From Akkermansia sp. (GTDB taxonomy: Bacteria; Verrucomicrobiota; Verrucomicrobiia; Verrucomicrobiales; Akkermansiaceae), in assembly GCA_017546845.1 (NCBI GenBank), contig JAFYRS010000094.1:12573-76572 (forward strand): DNA of 64,000 bases, given 5' to 3'. Made by a program: the position numbers and the translations under genes. Shown here piece by piece: positions 50,875-60,214 of the stretch (positions within the stretch are counted from its first letter, which is position 1; the number at the start of each line of letters is the position of its first letter). The notes under the pieces were generated by a model, which saw only the letters and a program-made list of their open reading frames with translations, made no database searches and was not told where the DNA came from.

Positions 50875-50966
50875 AGAGGGATATTAGCTCAAATTCTGTT
50901 GAAAGCAAGCCTTTTCTGCCTTGCGGGGTTGGAAATATAGTGCGTATTTCGAACGGATGGAGGAAG

Positions 50967-51428
50967 TCAGGCTTGTTCTGTGGCCTGGAGGGATAATAAG
51001 GTCTGGGCTTTGCGGGCGCAGAAGGCAACGCAGCGCTCGCAGGGGCGGGCGTCGTAATAGGCCTCGGTGCGTTCATTGGGGCGGGCGGATGACTCCATTT
51101 CTTCGTCCAGGTGGAGGAGTTCGCGGCAGGTGAGGGTGCCGAATTCGGCCTTGAAATCATCTGCCAGGGCGCGGGTGAGGGAGAAAATGCGCTCTTTATC
51201 CTCCGGCTGGCCGGTGAGGTTGCCCTGGCAGAAGCCGGCCACCATGCAGAGGCCGGAGAACGCACCGCAGGTGCCGCGCATGCGGCCGAGCCCTGCGCCG
51301 AAGGCCGAGGAGAAACGGAGCGCGGCCTCTGTGCTCAGGCCTACCTGGGTGGCAAAGGCGGCAAAGACGGATTGCGCGCAGTTGAATCCCTGGTGGAAAT
51401 ATTCCAGTGCTCTGGTCTCGGCATTCAT
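50967..51428 (-). CDS. C-GCAxxG-C-C family putative redox protein
   Basis: FNCAQSV, GTCGAFSG, LTCREL and PCERCV motifs; ATG 7 nt from TTGACA-17-TATGCT. Confidence 0.9.
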   Translation of the reverse strand: MNAETRALEYFHQGFNCAQSVFAAFATQVGLSTEAALRFSSAFGAGLGRMRGTCGAFSGLCMVAGFCQGNLTGQPEDKERIFSLTRALADDFKAEFGTLTCRELLHLDEEMESSARPNERTEAYYDARPCERCVAFCARKAQTLLSLQATEQA

Positions 51429-51533
51429 GCGCTTGAGCATACTCTTGCGGGGTGGCTTTGTCAATGCCGGTTTTTTTGCTCGCATTGGGGGGGCTGAAGT
51501 GGTAGAATCCACGGCAACAAATTGCAGAAAATC

Positions 51534-52898
51534 ATGCAGCGTACATTAGTCAAACACGCATTGGCCAGCGCGGCACCTGCCGAGCAGATTCTGGTGGAAG
51601 GCTGGGTTCGCACCCGCCGCGATTCGAAGGCTTTTTCGTTCCTGGAGGTGAATGACGGCACGAGCCTGGCCTCCATTCAGGTGGTGGCAGATGCCGGGAT
51701 TCCTGGTTACGAGGATATTTCCCGCATGTCGACGGGGGCATCGGTGAGCATTCTGGGACGCCTGGTGGAAAGCCCCGGTAAGCAGAAGTGGGAGATTCAG
51801 GCCACGGAAATCAAGCTGGTGGGTGGTTCCCCGGAGTCATACCCGCTGCAGAAGAAGGGGCATTCGCCTGAGTTCCTGCGCACGATTGCGCACCTGCGCC
51901 CCCGCACCAACCTGTACAGCGCTATTTTCCGCACGCGTTCACGTATGGCGGCGGCGGTGCACCAGTTCTTCCTGGAGCGTGATTTCGTGTGGGTGCACAC
52001 GCCCATCATCACCGCGAGCGATTGCGAGGGCGCTGGCGAGATGTTCCATGTGACCACGCTGGACCCGCTGGCTGATAACAAGAGCTATGAGAATGATTTC
52101 TTTGGTAAGTCTGCCAATCTGACGGTTTCCGGCCAGCTGGAGGGCGAGACCTTTGCCTGCGCGCTGAGCAATATCTACACCTTCGGGCCCACCTTCCGAG
52201 CAGAGAACAGCAATACCTCCCGCCATGCGGCTGAGTTCTGGATGATTGAGCCGGAAATGGCCTTCTGTGATATTTATGGAGACATGGACATTGCGGAATC
52301 CTTCATCAAGCACATTGCCCGCACGATGCTGGCGGATGAGAGCGGCGATTTCGAGTTCTTCTGCAAGTTTGTGGACAAGGGACTGCGCGCCCGCCTGGAG
52401 GAAGTGGCCGAGAAGCCCTTTGTGCGCTGCTCGTACACCGAGGCTATCGAAATCATGCAGGCCAGCGGCCAGGATTTTGAGTACAAGCCGTACTGGGGCA
52501 TGGATATGCAGAGCGAGCATGAGCGCTTCCTGACGGAAAAGCATTTCAAGTGCCCGGTGATTGTGTACAATTACCCGAAGGAAATCAAGCCGTTCTATAT
52601 GCGCCTCAATGATGACGGCAAGACGGTGACGGCCATGGATGTGCTGGTGCCCGGTATTGGCGAAATCATCGGTGGCAGCCAGCGAGAGGAGCGTCTGGAG
52701 GTGCTGGAGGGCAATATCGAGCGCATGGGCATGGATAAGGATGCGTACTACTGGTACAACGACCTGCGCCGTTTCGGCACGGTGCCGCATGCGGGCTTCG
52801 GTGTGGGCTTTGAGCGCCTTATCATGTTTGTGACGGGGGTGCAGAACATCCGCGACGTGCTGCCGTTCCCGCGTACTCCCCGAAATTGCGAGTTCTGA
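51534..52898 (+). CDS. asnS: asparagine--tRNA ligase
   Basis: [32 protein letters not shown] and GGSQRE motifs. Confidence 0.97.
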   Translation: MQRTLVKHALASAAPAEQILVEGWVRTRRDSKAFSFLEVNDGTSLASIQVVADAGIPGYEDISRMSTGASVSILGRLVESPGKQKWEIQATEIKLVGGSPESYPLQKKGHSPEFLRTIAHLRPRTNLYSAIFRTRSRMAAAVHQFFLERDFVWVHTPIITASDCEGAGEMFHVTTLDPLADNKSYENDFFGKSANLTVSGQLEGETFACALSNIYTFGPTFRAENSNTSRHAAEFWMIEPEMAFCDIYGDMDIAESFIKHIARTMLADESGDFEFFCKFVDKGLRARLEEVAEKPFVRCSYTEAIEIMQASGQDFEYKPYWGMDMQSEHERFLTEKHFKCPVIVYNYPKEIKPFYMRLNDDGKTVTAMDVLVPGIGEIIGGSQREERLEVLEGNIERMGMDKDAYYWYNDLRRFGTVPHAGFGVGFERLIMFVTGVQNIRDVLPFPRTPRNCEF

Positions 52899-52938
52899 TA
52901 TTGACTCCGCATACCGTAACTGGTAGTATACAAGCATC

Positions 52939-54135
52939 ATGAAGTCGCGCGGAGAGGAGTTTGCAGAGTGGGGGACAGAGGTTGTCTTTGGCCGTGCCCG
53001 GGGATTCCGGGCGTGGCTGATGCGCGGTGTGCTCCGCTTTGCTTCCTTTTTCTTCTGGATTCTGGTGCAGGTGCGCCTGTTCCTGTTCCGCCGGCGTATC
53101 AAGACGGTGCATTACCTGGGTACGTTCGTCATCAGCGTGGGCAATATCACCGCCGGCGGTACTGGCAAGACCCCCGTGGTGGAGCTGCTTTCCCGCAGCC
53201 TTGCGGCGCGTGGGCGCAAATGCGCCATCCTGACGCGCGGTTATAAGAGCCATGACCTGGAAAAGCCACAGGTGTGGCTGGATAAGGAGGGTAAGCGGGT
53301 GAAGCGCGTGCCGAAGATTGCCAGCGATGGCGTGACGCGCTACCTCAGCCCGCTGTATGCCGGCGATGAGCCGTTCATGCTGGCGCGCAATCTGGATAAC
53401 GTGGCGGTGCTGGTGGATAAGGACCGCGTGAAATCCGGTATCTTTGCCATAGAGCAGCTGGGCAGCAATACGCTGATTCTGGATGACGGCATGCAGTTCC
53501 TGAAGCTGAAGCACGAGATTGATATCGTGTTGGTGGACTGCGGTTTCCCCTTTGGCACGGGTGCGCTGCTGCCGCGTGGCACCATGCGCGAGCCCCGCGC
53601 CAGCCTGAAGCGCGCCAGCTACATCATCCTGACCAAGAGCGAGGGCAAGCCGCAGGATGAGCTTATTGCCACCATTCGAAAGTATAACAAGGTAGCCGAC
53701 ATCATCGTGACAAACCATGCCCCGGTGCTGCTGGAAAATATCTTTACTGGCGAACAGCTGCCGCTTTCTGCTCTGAAAGGCAAGTATGTGGCCTGCCTCA
53801 GTGGCATTGCCCGTCCGGAGAGCTTTGAGAACCTGGTGGAGGCTCTCGGGGCTAATGTGGAAATCCGCCGCAGCTACCCCGACCACTACTGGTTTGACCA
53901 GGAAGACCTGGATGCCTTTGTGGAGCGCTGTGCCGAGCGCGCTATGGATATGATTGTGACCACGGAGAAGGATGCCGTGCGATTCCTCCGCCCGGGTGAA
54001 ATGGATGTGCCCATTTACTTCCTGCGCATTCACATTGACATTCTGCAGGGCCAGGAGAAGTGGGATGCCATGATTGACCGCATCTGCGCCCTGGGCGCGC
54101 CGCAGCCCGCTCCGGAGTGGGGCGATGTGCTGTGA
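52939..54135 (+). CDS. lpxK: tetraacyldisaccharide 4'-kinase
   Basis: SVGNITAGGTGKTP, TRGY, GDEP, LDDGMQ and TTEKDAV motifs. Confidence 0.95.
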   Translation: MKSRGEEFAEWGTEVVFGRARGFRAWLMRGVLRFASFFFWILVQVRLFLFRRRIKTVHYLGTFVISVGNITAGGTGKTPVVELLSRSLAARGRKCAILTRGYKSHDLEKPQVWLDKEGKRVKRVPKIASDGVTRYLSPLYAGDEPFMLARNLDNVAVLVDKDRVKSGIFAIEQLGSNTLILDDGMQFLKLKHEIDIVLVDCGFPFGTGALLPRGTMREPRASLKRASYIILTKSEGKPQDELIATIRKYNKVADIIVTNHAPVLLENIFTGEQLPLSALKGKYVACLSGIARPESFENLVEALGANVEIRRSYPDHYWFDQEDLDAFVERCAERAMDMIVTTEKDAVRFLRPGEMDVPIYFLRIHIDILQGQEKWDAMIDRICALGAPQPAPEWGDVL

Positions 54136-54155
54136 TCCTGCTTTTTGTGAAATAG

Positions 54156-54190
54156 CAAACCCGCCCGGCCATTTCTGCCGGGCGGGTTTG
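54156..54190. terminator. hairpin terminator between convergent lpxK and ArnT-like gene
   Basis: CAAACCCGCCCGGC/GCCGGGCGGGTTTG stem. Confidence 0.8.
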
Positions 54191-54196
54191 TTGTGA

Positions 54197-56362
54197 TTAA
54201 CGCTTTCTGTATAGCCTCCACGAGCCGTCCTCTGCTACCAGTTGCCAGGCATCGGGGTGGGTAATCAGGTGGTATTGCTTGCGGTGCAGCACCAGGTATT
54301 CGCCATGGCGGAGCTGCGCCACTTCCTTGGTCAGGATTTCCGCGCGGCCGGCAGAATAGTATTGAGCAGAGTAGGGAACCTTATCGTCTGAATAATAGAG
54401 CGGGGAATGCTGATCCCAGTGCTGCAGCAAATCACGCTGGCAGCGGTACTGGACGTGGTCAAACCCTTTACCGATACCGAAGAGACCGATGATGCAGATG
54501 ACCGGCAGGGCGGCAAAGAGGAACTGGCGGTAATCTCGGCCTTCGAGTTCGCGCAGCGTCCAGAGACGGCGCACCAGCAGGATGCAGAACGCAGGTACTG
54601 CCGGCAGAATGTAGGCGGGCAGGATGTTGCGCGCCATGGTGAAGAACACGGGCGTGCTGAGAGCCCAGCACCAGAGGAAGGCGTTTTCCGGCTTGCAGAT
54701 GCCTTTCATGTTGCGGCGCAGCAGGAAGGGAACCAGAAGCACCCAGGGCAGGAACATTTCAATTCCATATAGCCAGATGGTGCCGATGGCGCGGGAATGC
54801 CCCTTGCCGTATAAGTCACCGGCCCAGCCTTTTACCAGGAAACGCTCAATGTGCTCGCCGATGATGAAGTAGCGCAGGAAGCCGGGTGTGGCTTGCTCGG
54901 CGGCCACATACCACGGCACGGTGAGCAGCAGCATGAGCAGCGTACCGCAAATCCAGGGCAGGCGTTTCCAGAGCTGCAGCCATTGTTTCTGCCAGAGCAC
55001 CCAGAAGAATACCGGGATGCCACAGACGACGATGGCCAGCGGGCCTTTGCTGAGCAGGCCAATGGCCAGCCCGAGGAAGAAGAGATAACCCCACAGGCGG
55101 CTGGGGGATTCATCCGTCATGGCGCGGTAGAAGGAAATCATGGTCAGCGTGGTGCCGAATGCCAGGAACGCATCGGTCATGACTGCGCCGGCTGAGACAA
55201 AGCCCATGGCAGAGGTAAAGAGAACCACGATGCAGGCAACGCTCTGCTCCTTGCGGTTGCTCTTGAAGGGCCAGAGCAGGAAGCAGAGCCCGATGCCCAG
55301 TGTGGCCAGATAAGGTGCCAGACGCGCGCCGAACTCGTTGATGCCGCAGAGCAGCATGGTGGCAGCGCTACCCCAGAATGACAAGGGGGGCTTGCCCCAG
55401 AACGGCACTCCGTATTCAAATTGCGGCTGCAGCCAGTAGTTGGTTTCCACCATTTTGCGAGCCATTTCGCCATAGCGCGCCTCTGTGGTATCCATGAGGG
55501 GATATATCCCCAGACTTAACAGACGGGCCAGGAGAACGCAGGCCAGGAAGAGCAGCAGACAGGGCAGCAGGTTCGACGGATATGCCGGGAGTTTGAGGAA
55601 TCGCTGCGTGCGGGGGAAATTCTGGCGCACCAGCAGGAAAAGTGCCAGAATGACAATGAGTGCCGCGGAGAGATAGATACAGGGCAAGGCGTATATCTGC
55701 GCAATGTCGGGCACGGCGGTCAGGTCATAAATCCATTTGAATATGTGGAAGAGACCGTCATCGTAAAGCTCAGGTACATCAGCCAGTTCATCCATGGCAT
55801 GGGCCTGGTACATGAGCATGAAGCCGATGCCGGTGGAGATGCCCGGAATGACCAGCCGCAGCAGGTAGTGCGGCACCGGGGCTGACGGCATGAGGCGGTT
55901 TTTGAGCAGATAAACGGTGACGATGAGTTCCACCAGCAGGATGCCCGCCATCCATTCACAATAGGGCAGCTGGCAGATATCTTCCCACGCAGCGGCCGGT
56001 GCCATGATGAAATCGCGGGTGAGCAGGCGGAACGAATCACCGGAGACGATTTCCACCAGCTCCTCAAGCCAGTGGATGAGGCAGAATAAGGAAAAGAGAA
56101 CCAGCGTGACCCTCCGATCCCATTTCCCACCGTGAAAATCCCGTGGCAGTACCAGGAGGTAAAGCAGGTAGGGAATCAGGGTAAACAGGAAGCAGGCCGC
56201 ATTTTCATTGATGAACGAAAGCAGGGACTCCTGGATGTCTCCTTCTGCCGGTTGAGCTGCCCCGGTCAGGAGGAGAATGCCTAATTCTATGAGTTCAAAG
56301 AAGATGTAAACGCCAATGAATGGGGCAAGACGTTGCCAATAATATTTTACAGCCTCGGTCAT
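54197..56362 (-). CDS. ArnT/PMT-family (GT-C) glycosyltransferase with extra N-terminal membrane region
   Basis: DTTEARYGEMARKM, FWGKPPL, LSKGP, PWY and YILP motifs. Confidence 0.85.
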   Translation of the reverse strand: MTEAVKYYWQRLAPFIGVYIFFELIELGILLLTGAAQPAEGDIQESLLSFINENAACFLFTLIPYLLYLLVLPRDFHGGKWDRRVTLVLFSLFCLIHWLEELVEIVSGDSFRLLTRDFIMAPAAAWEDICQLPYCEWMAGILLVELIVTVYLLKNRLMPSAPVPHYLLRLVIPGISTGIGFMLMYQAHAMDELADVPELYDDGLFHIFKWIYDLTAVPDIAQIYALPCIYLSAALIVILALFLLVRQNFPRTQRFLKLPAYPSNLLPCLLLFLACVLLARLLSLGIYPLMDTTEARYGEMARKMVETNYWLQPQFEYGVPFWGKPPLSFWGSAATMLLCGINEFGARLAPYLATLGIGLCFLLWPFKSNRKEQSVACIVVLFTSAMGFVSAGAVMTDAFLAFGTTLTMISFYRAMTDESPSRLWGYLFFLGLAIGLLSKGPLAIVVCGIPVFFWVLWQKQWLQLWKRLPWICGTLLMLLLTVPWYVAAEQATPGFLRYFIIGEHIERFLVKGWAGDLYGKGHSRAIGTIWLYGIEMFLPWVLLVPFLLRRNMKGICKPENAFLWCWALSTPVFFTMARNILPAYILPAVPAFCILLVRRLWTLRELEGRDYRQFLFAALPVICIIGLFGIGKGFDHVQYRCQRDLLQHWDQHSPLYYSDDKVPYSAQYYSAGRAEILTKEVAQLRHGEYLVLHRKQYHLITHPDAWQLVAEDGSWRLYRKR

Positions 56363-56421
56363 GGCAGGATATTAACATGTTAACAATAGGCTAACAAGAA
56401 TTTATTGGAAACAATAACAAA

Positions 56422-56450
56422 AAAGCCGGAAGCCTGGCGCTTCCGGCTTT
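56422..56450 (-). terminator. terminator after serA
   Basis: AAAGCCGGAAGC/GCTTCCGGCTTT stem with upstream A run. Confidence 0.82.
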
Positions 56451-56471
56451 GATGAATGGGTAAAAACCTTG

Positions 56472-58040
56472 TTACATGGAAATGGCAAAGGCAAGCTTGG
56501 CCGAAATAGTCTTGGCAATGGCCTGTACCTGGTCATCAGAAACCGGCATGTTGGTCTTGATGACGGCCAGGGAATCGCCGCTCTTGTGGTCGTTGGGGGC
56601 AACAATGTTTTCGATGTTGATGCCAGCCAGGGAAAGAGCCTGGCCAATGGCGGCCACCACGCCGGGGCGGTCTGCATAACGCAGCACGAGCGTGTTGCCA
56701 GCCAGGGCGGCATACAGGTGGTCAAATTCCATGATGCGGGATACCACAGGCGTGCCGTCTACCACGGTGCCGCGCACGCTGCTCTGAATCTGGTGCCCGT
56801 CCACTTCCATGTGGATGTTGATGGTCAGGGCATCATCATAGTGCTTGTCGTCCTTGGGTTCAAGTGCCTTGTACACAATGCCGTGTTCGCGGAAGGATGT
56901 CTCGGCTGCAGCCGGCATCAGGCCGCGTTCTGCGCCGGGAACCGTGCCTTGCAGAATCCACGGGGTGAACCACTTGCGGTACGAACGCAAATTGTTGTAG
57001 AAGGTGCATTCCACCTTGCGGATGGGTTTGCAATCACCTATGCGGTAGCAGAGCTGGCCCAGCATGGAAGCCAGCTGCAACTGGGCCGGGTGCAGGTCTG
57101 CCGGGCGCTCGGCATTCACCACGCATGAGGTATCTCCGCTGGTGAAGTAATCAATCATCTGCTTGGCAGCGCGCATGGCGGCGTTCTTGTTTGCCTCCTT
57201 TGTGTTGGCGCCCAGGTGGGGCAGCAGCAGGGAGGCTACATCGGCACTGGGCTGCATGGCTGCAGCATCTTTGGGGTGCACATCGGTGCAGTAGATGATG
57301 TTCTTACCCGCAGCTTTGGCTGCGCGGATGGCGTCTTCGTCCACCACTCCGTAGCGGGAGCAGTTGATGAGCATGGCGCCGTCCTTCATCTTGTTAATCA
57401 GCTCTGCATTGATGAGGTTGCGAGTGGCGGGGCCGCCAGGCACATGCAGGGAGATGATGTCGGATTCCGTAAAGATTTCGTCAATCTCTGTGGGGATGGC
57501 GCCGATGTTGAGTGCACGCTGCTTGGAGAGGAAGTGGTCATAGCCGAGCACCTTGCATTCAAAGCCCTGCAGGCGCTTCACGAGCAGGCGGCCAATGTTG
57601 CCCAGCCCCATGATACCCACGGTCTTGTGAGTGAGCTCGCGGCCCATGTACTTCTTCTTGTTCCATTCGCCTGCGCGGGTGGTGGTATCTGCCGGCACCA
57701 CATAGCGGTAGGCGGCCAGAATCATGGCAATCACCTCTTCTGCCACGGCGTTGGAGTTTGCGCCGGGGGTGTTCATCACGTCGATATTCTTTGTGCGGGC
57801 ATAGACGTAATCGATGTTGTCATAGCCGGCGCCAGCACGAATCACGCATTTGAGGCCGGGCAGGGCATCCATGATTCCGGGTGTTACCTTTTCAGAACGG
57901 ACGATGATGCCGGCGGCATCGGGATGTGCTGCCACCATTTCTTCGATGGCGATGCTGTCGTCCTGCACAACATCATACCCGGCAGCAATCAGCGTGGCAG
58001 ATGCGGCCTGGTCGAGCTTGGTCGGAATAAGAATTTTCAT
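56472..58040 (-). CDS. serA: D-3-phosphoglycerate dehydrogenase with ACT domain
   Basis: RAGAGYDNID, NTPGANSNAVAE, GLGNIG, PHLGA and DRPGVV motifs. Confidence 0.9.
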   Translation of the reverse strand: MKILIPTKLDQAASATLIAAGYDVVQDDSIAIEEMVAAHPDAAGIIVRSEKVTPGIMDALPGLKCVIRAGAGYDNIDYVYARTKNIDVMNTPGANSNAVAEEVIAMILAAYRYVVPADTTTRAGEWNKKKYMGRELTHKTVGIMGLGNIGRLLVKRLQGFECKVLGYDHFLSKQRALNIGAIPTEIDEIFTESDIISLHVPGGPATRNLINAELINKMKDGAMLINCSRYGVVDEDAIRAAKAAGKNIIYCTDVHPKDAAAMQPSADVASLLLPHLGANTKEANKNAAMRAAKQMIDYFTSGDTSCVVNAERPADLHPAQLQLASMLGQLCYRIGDCKPIRKVECTFYNNLRSYRKWFTPWILQGTVPGAERGLMPAAAETSFREHGIVYKALEPKDDKHYDDALTINIHMEVDGHQIQSSVRGTVVDGTPVVSRIMEFDHLYAALAGNTLVLRYADRPGVVAAIGQALSLAGINIENIVAPNDHKSGDSLAVIKTNMPVSDDQVQAIAKTISAKLAFAISM

Positions 58041-58063
58041 ATTGGTATATTATAGAGAAGTGT

Positions 58064-59308
58064 TTAGCGTTCAATTTCGTGAGCAAAGAGTCCACTGCGC
58101 AGTTTCGGTTCAAACCAGGTGGACTTAGGCGGCATGATTTCACCGCTGTCTGCCACGTTGAACAAATCTGCCATGGTTACGGGGTAGAGTGCGAAAGCCA
58201 CACCCTGGGAGCCGGCGCGGGATTCGAGTTCCTCCAACCCGCGGATGCCGCCAACGAAGTCAATGCGCTCGCTGGTGCGGGGGTCATCAATGCCCAGCAT
58301 GGGGGCAAGCAGGTTGCTCTGCAGAATGGCGCAATCCAGGCTTTCGATGGGGTGTGTGGCGTTAAACGTACCCTCCCTGGCGGTGATGCTGTACCACTTG
58401 CCGCCAAGGAACATACCGAACTCATGCTTGGTGCGGGGAGCGTGGGGCTTGCCGGGGGCGGCGGGAATAACGGTGAAGCAGGCGCTGATGGTGTTGATGT
58501 ATTCCTGCTCGGTCATGCCGTTGAGGTCAAATACCACACGGTTATAGTCCATGATGAAGAGGTCTTCATCACAGAAGGTCACCGCCATGAGGTAGTTGAA
58601 CTCTTCTTCTCCGGTGTAGTCGGGATGCTCTGCTCGGCGCTTGGCGGAAACCGCGGCGCTGGATGCCGTGCGATGGTGGCCGTCTGCAATGTAGAGCATA
58701 GGCACTTCCTCAAAGCCCTGGCGGATGGCGGCAATGGCTGCGTCATCGTTCACAGGCCAGAGCAGGTGGGTCACGCCATCATCGCTGGTGAACTCATACT
58801 CCGGTTTGTGGAATTTGATCCACTCGCGGATGGTGGTGGAAATGCCCTCGTGCTTGCGGTAGGCCAGGAATACCGGCTCTGTCTGGGTGGAGCAGGTGTC
58901 GAAATGATTGATGCGGTCAAGTTCCTTTTCCTTGCGGGTCAGCTCGTGCTTCTTGATGGTGCCGTCCAGGTATTCATCCACGCTGGCGCAGCCTACAATG
59001 CCCGTCTGTACACGCCCCCACATCATCTGGCGGTAGATGTAGTAGCAAGCCTTTTCCTCACGCATCAGGATGCCTTTCTTCAGGAAATCCTGCAGGTTCT
59101 GAGCACTTTTGTCGTAGGTAATCTGGTCGTGGATGGCTTCCTCGCTGGTGTCGATATCTGCGCGGCAGATATGCAGGTAGGAAGAAGCGTTGCCTGCCGC
59201 CATGGCGCAGGCTTCCTGGTGGTTCATGACATCGTAAGGCAGGCAGGAAACCTGCTCCACATATTGTTTCGGCGGGCGGATGGCCGCAAAGGGACGAATA
59301 GTAGCCAT
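58064..59308 (-). CDS. DUF1015 family protein
   Basis: PYDV, IKKHELTR, YIADGHHR and MPPKSTWFEPKLRSGL motifs; typical neighbour of serA. Confidence 0.92.
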   Translation of the reverse strand: MATIRPFAAIRPPKQYVEQVSCLPYDVMNHQEACAMAAGNASSYLHICRADIDTSEEAIHDQITYDKSAQNLQDFLKKGILMREEKACYYIYRQMMWGRVQTGIVGCASVDEYLDGTIKKHELTRKEKELDRINHFDTCSTQTEPVFLAYRKHEGISTTIREWIKFHKPEYEFTSDDGVTHLLWPVNDDAAIAAIRQGFEEVPMLYIADGHHRTASSAAVSAKRRAEHPDYTGEEEFNYLMAVTFCDEDLFIMDYNRVVFDLNGMTEQEYINTISACFTVIPAAPGKPHAPRTKHEFGMFLGGKWYSITAREGTFNATHPIESLDCAILQSNLLAPMLGIDDPRTSERIDFVGGIRGLEELESRAGSQGVAFALYPVTMADLFNVADSGEIMPPKSTWFEPKLRSGLFAHEIER

Positions 59309-59336
59309 AAGTTGTAGAATGTCGGAGAAAAATTAC

Positions 59337-59789
59337 TTAATTGTGGCCGATTTGAGCCACGCGCACCAAAGCTGCTGCCAGGTTTTTGGAACCATAGTAT
59401 TCAGCTGCACCCAGGCGGTCTGCCTGAGCTTCGATAATGTGGTTGATTTTGCGGATGATGGGCAGATACTTATCTTCCAGCAGTTGTGTCTCCAGCTCGG
59501 TAATCGGGGGCAGGCTCTTGAATGATTGAGCCCAGAGCTGCAAATCCTCATGAAGGCGCATGATGGCCGGAACTGCGGCTTCTGCGCTGTCATAGTCGCT
59601 GATTTCCGCCATGCGCTGGCACAGCGTGCCCAGGTGGACAATTCCCTGGCGTATGCGTATCTCGTTCTCTGGAATTGATGCTGAAACAGCCTGGGATTCC
59701 GGGCTTTGGGTATCTGCCACGACATTTGCCACAGCGGGCAGAGTGCATACGGTTGCTCCTGCCAGCATTGATATGATGAGCGTCTTCAT
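59337..59789 (-). CDS. secreted helical hypothetical protein
   Basis: Signal peptide; ISDYDSAEAA and RLGAAEYYGS family motifs. Confidence 0.75.
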   Translation of the reverse strand: MKTLIISMLAGATVCTLPAVANVVADTQSPESQAVSASIPENEIRIRQGIVHLGTLCQRMAEISDYDSAEAAVPAIMRLHEDLQLWAQSFKSLPPITELETQLLEDKYLPIIRKINHIIEAQADRLGAAEYYGSKNLAAALVRVAQIGHN

Positions 59790-60208
59790 TTCTCAATCAT
59801 CATGCACATTGTACGAAATTCCTGTGCCAATGGTACCGACTGAAAACAATTAGCCTGGCGCAGACGGGTGATTTCGGCATAGAGCCGCGCCCATTCCTGG
59901 CGCATTTGCAGCCCGAATTGGTCGCGCACCTGCTGGTTCTGTTCCGGGGTAAGCTCCGGCATATAATGCAGCTTTTCACGGGCAGTGTAGATGTGATTCA
60001 TGGCCTTATGCAACTCGGGAGCATACGCATCTGCCGAGTCTTTGCACTGGATTTTCTGCAGCACCGGGACAAGCCGGGAGGGCAGCGCGGTGTAGCAGGC
60101 GAAAGCCTCTGCCACAGCCGCCGGAAGCGGCTGCGCGGCAGTTGCCACATGGGCTGCTGCAGCCACAGCCAGAATGCCACTGTATGCTAAACAACGCATG
60201 GCAATCAC
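59786..60208 (-). CDS. secreted helical hypothetical protein
   Basis: Signal peptide; IQCKDSADAYAP and RLRQANCFQS family motifs; stop overlaps next start; start may be ATG 60199. Confidence 0.72.
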   Translation of the reverse strand: MIAMRCLAYSGILAVAAAAHVATAAQPLPAAVAEAFACYTALPSRLVPVLQKIQCKDSADAYAPELHKAMNHIYTAREKLHYMPELTPEQNQQVRDQFGLQMRQEWARLYAEITRLRQANCFQSVPLAQEFRTMCMMIEK

Positions 60209-60214
60209 AAGGGC

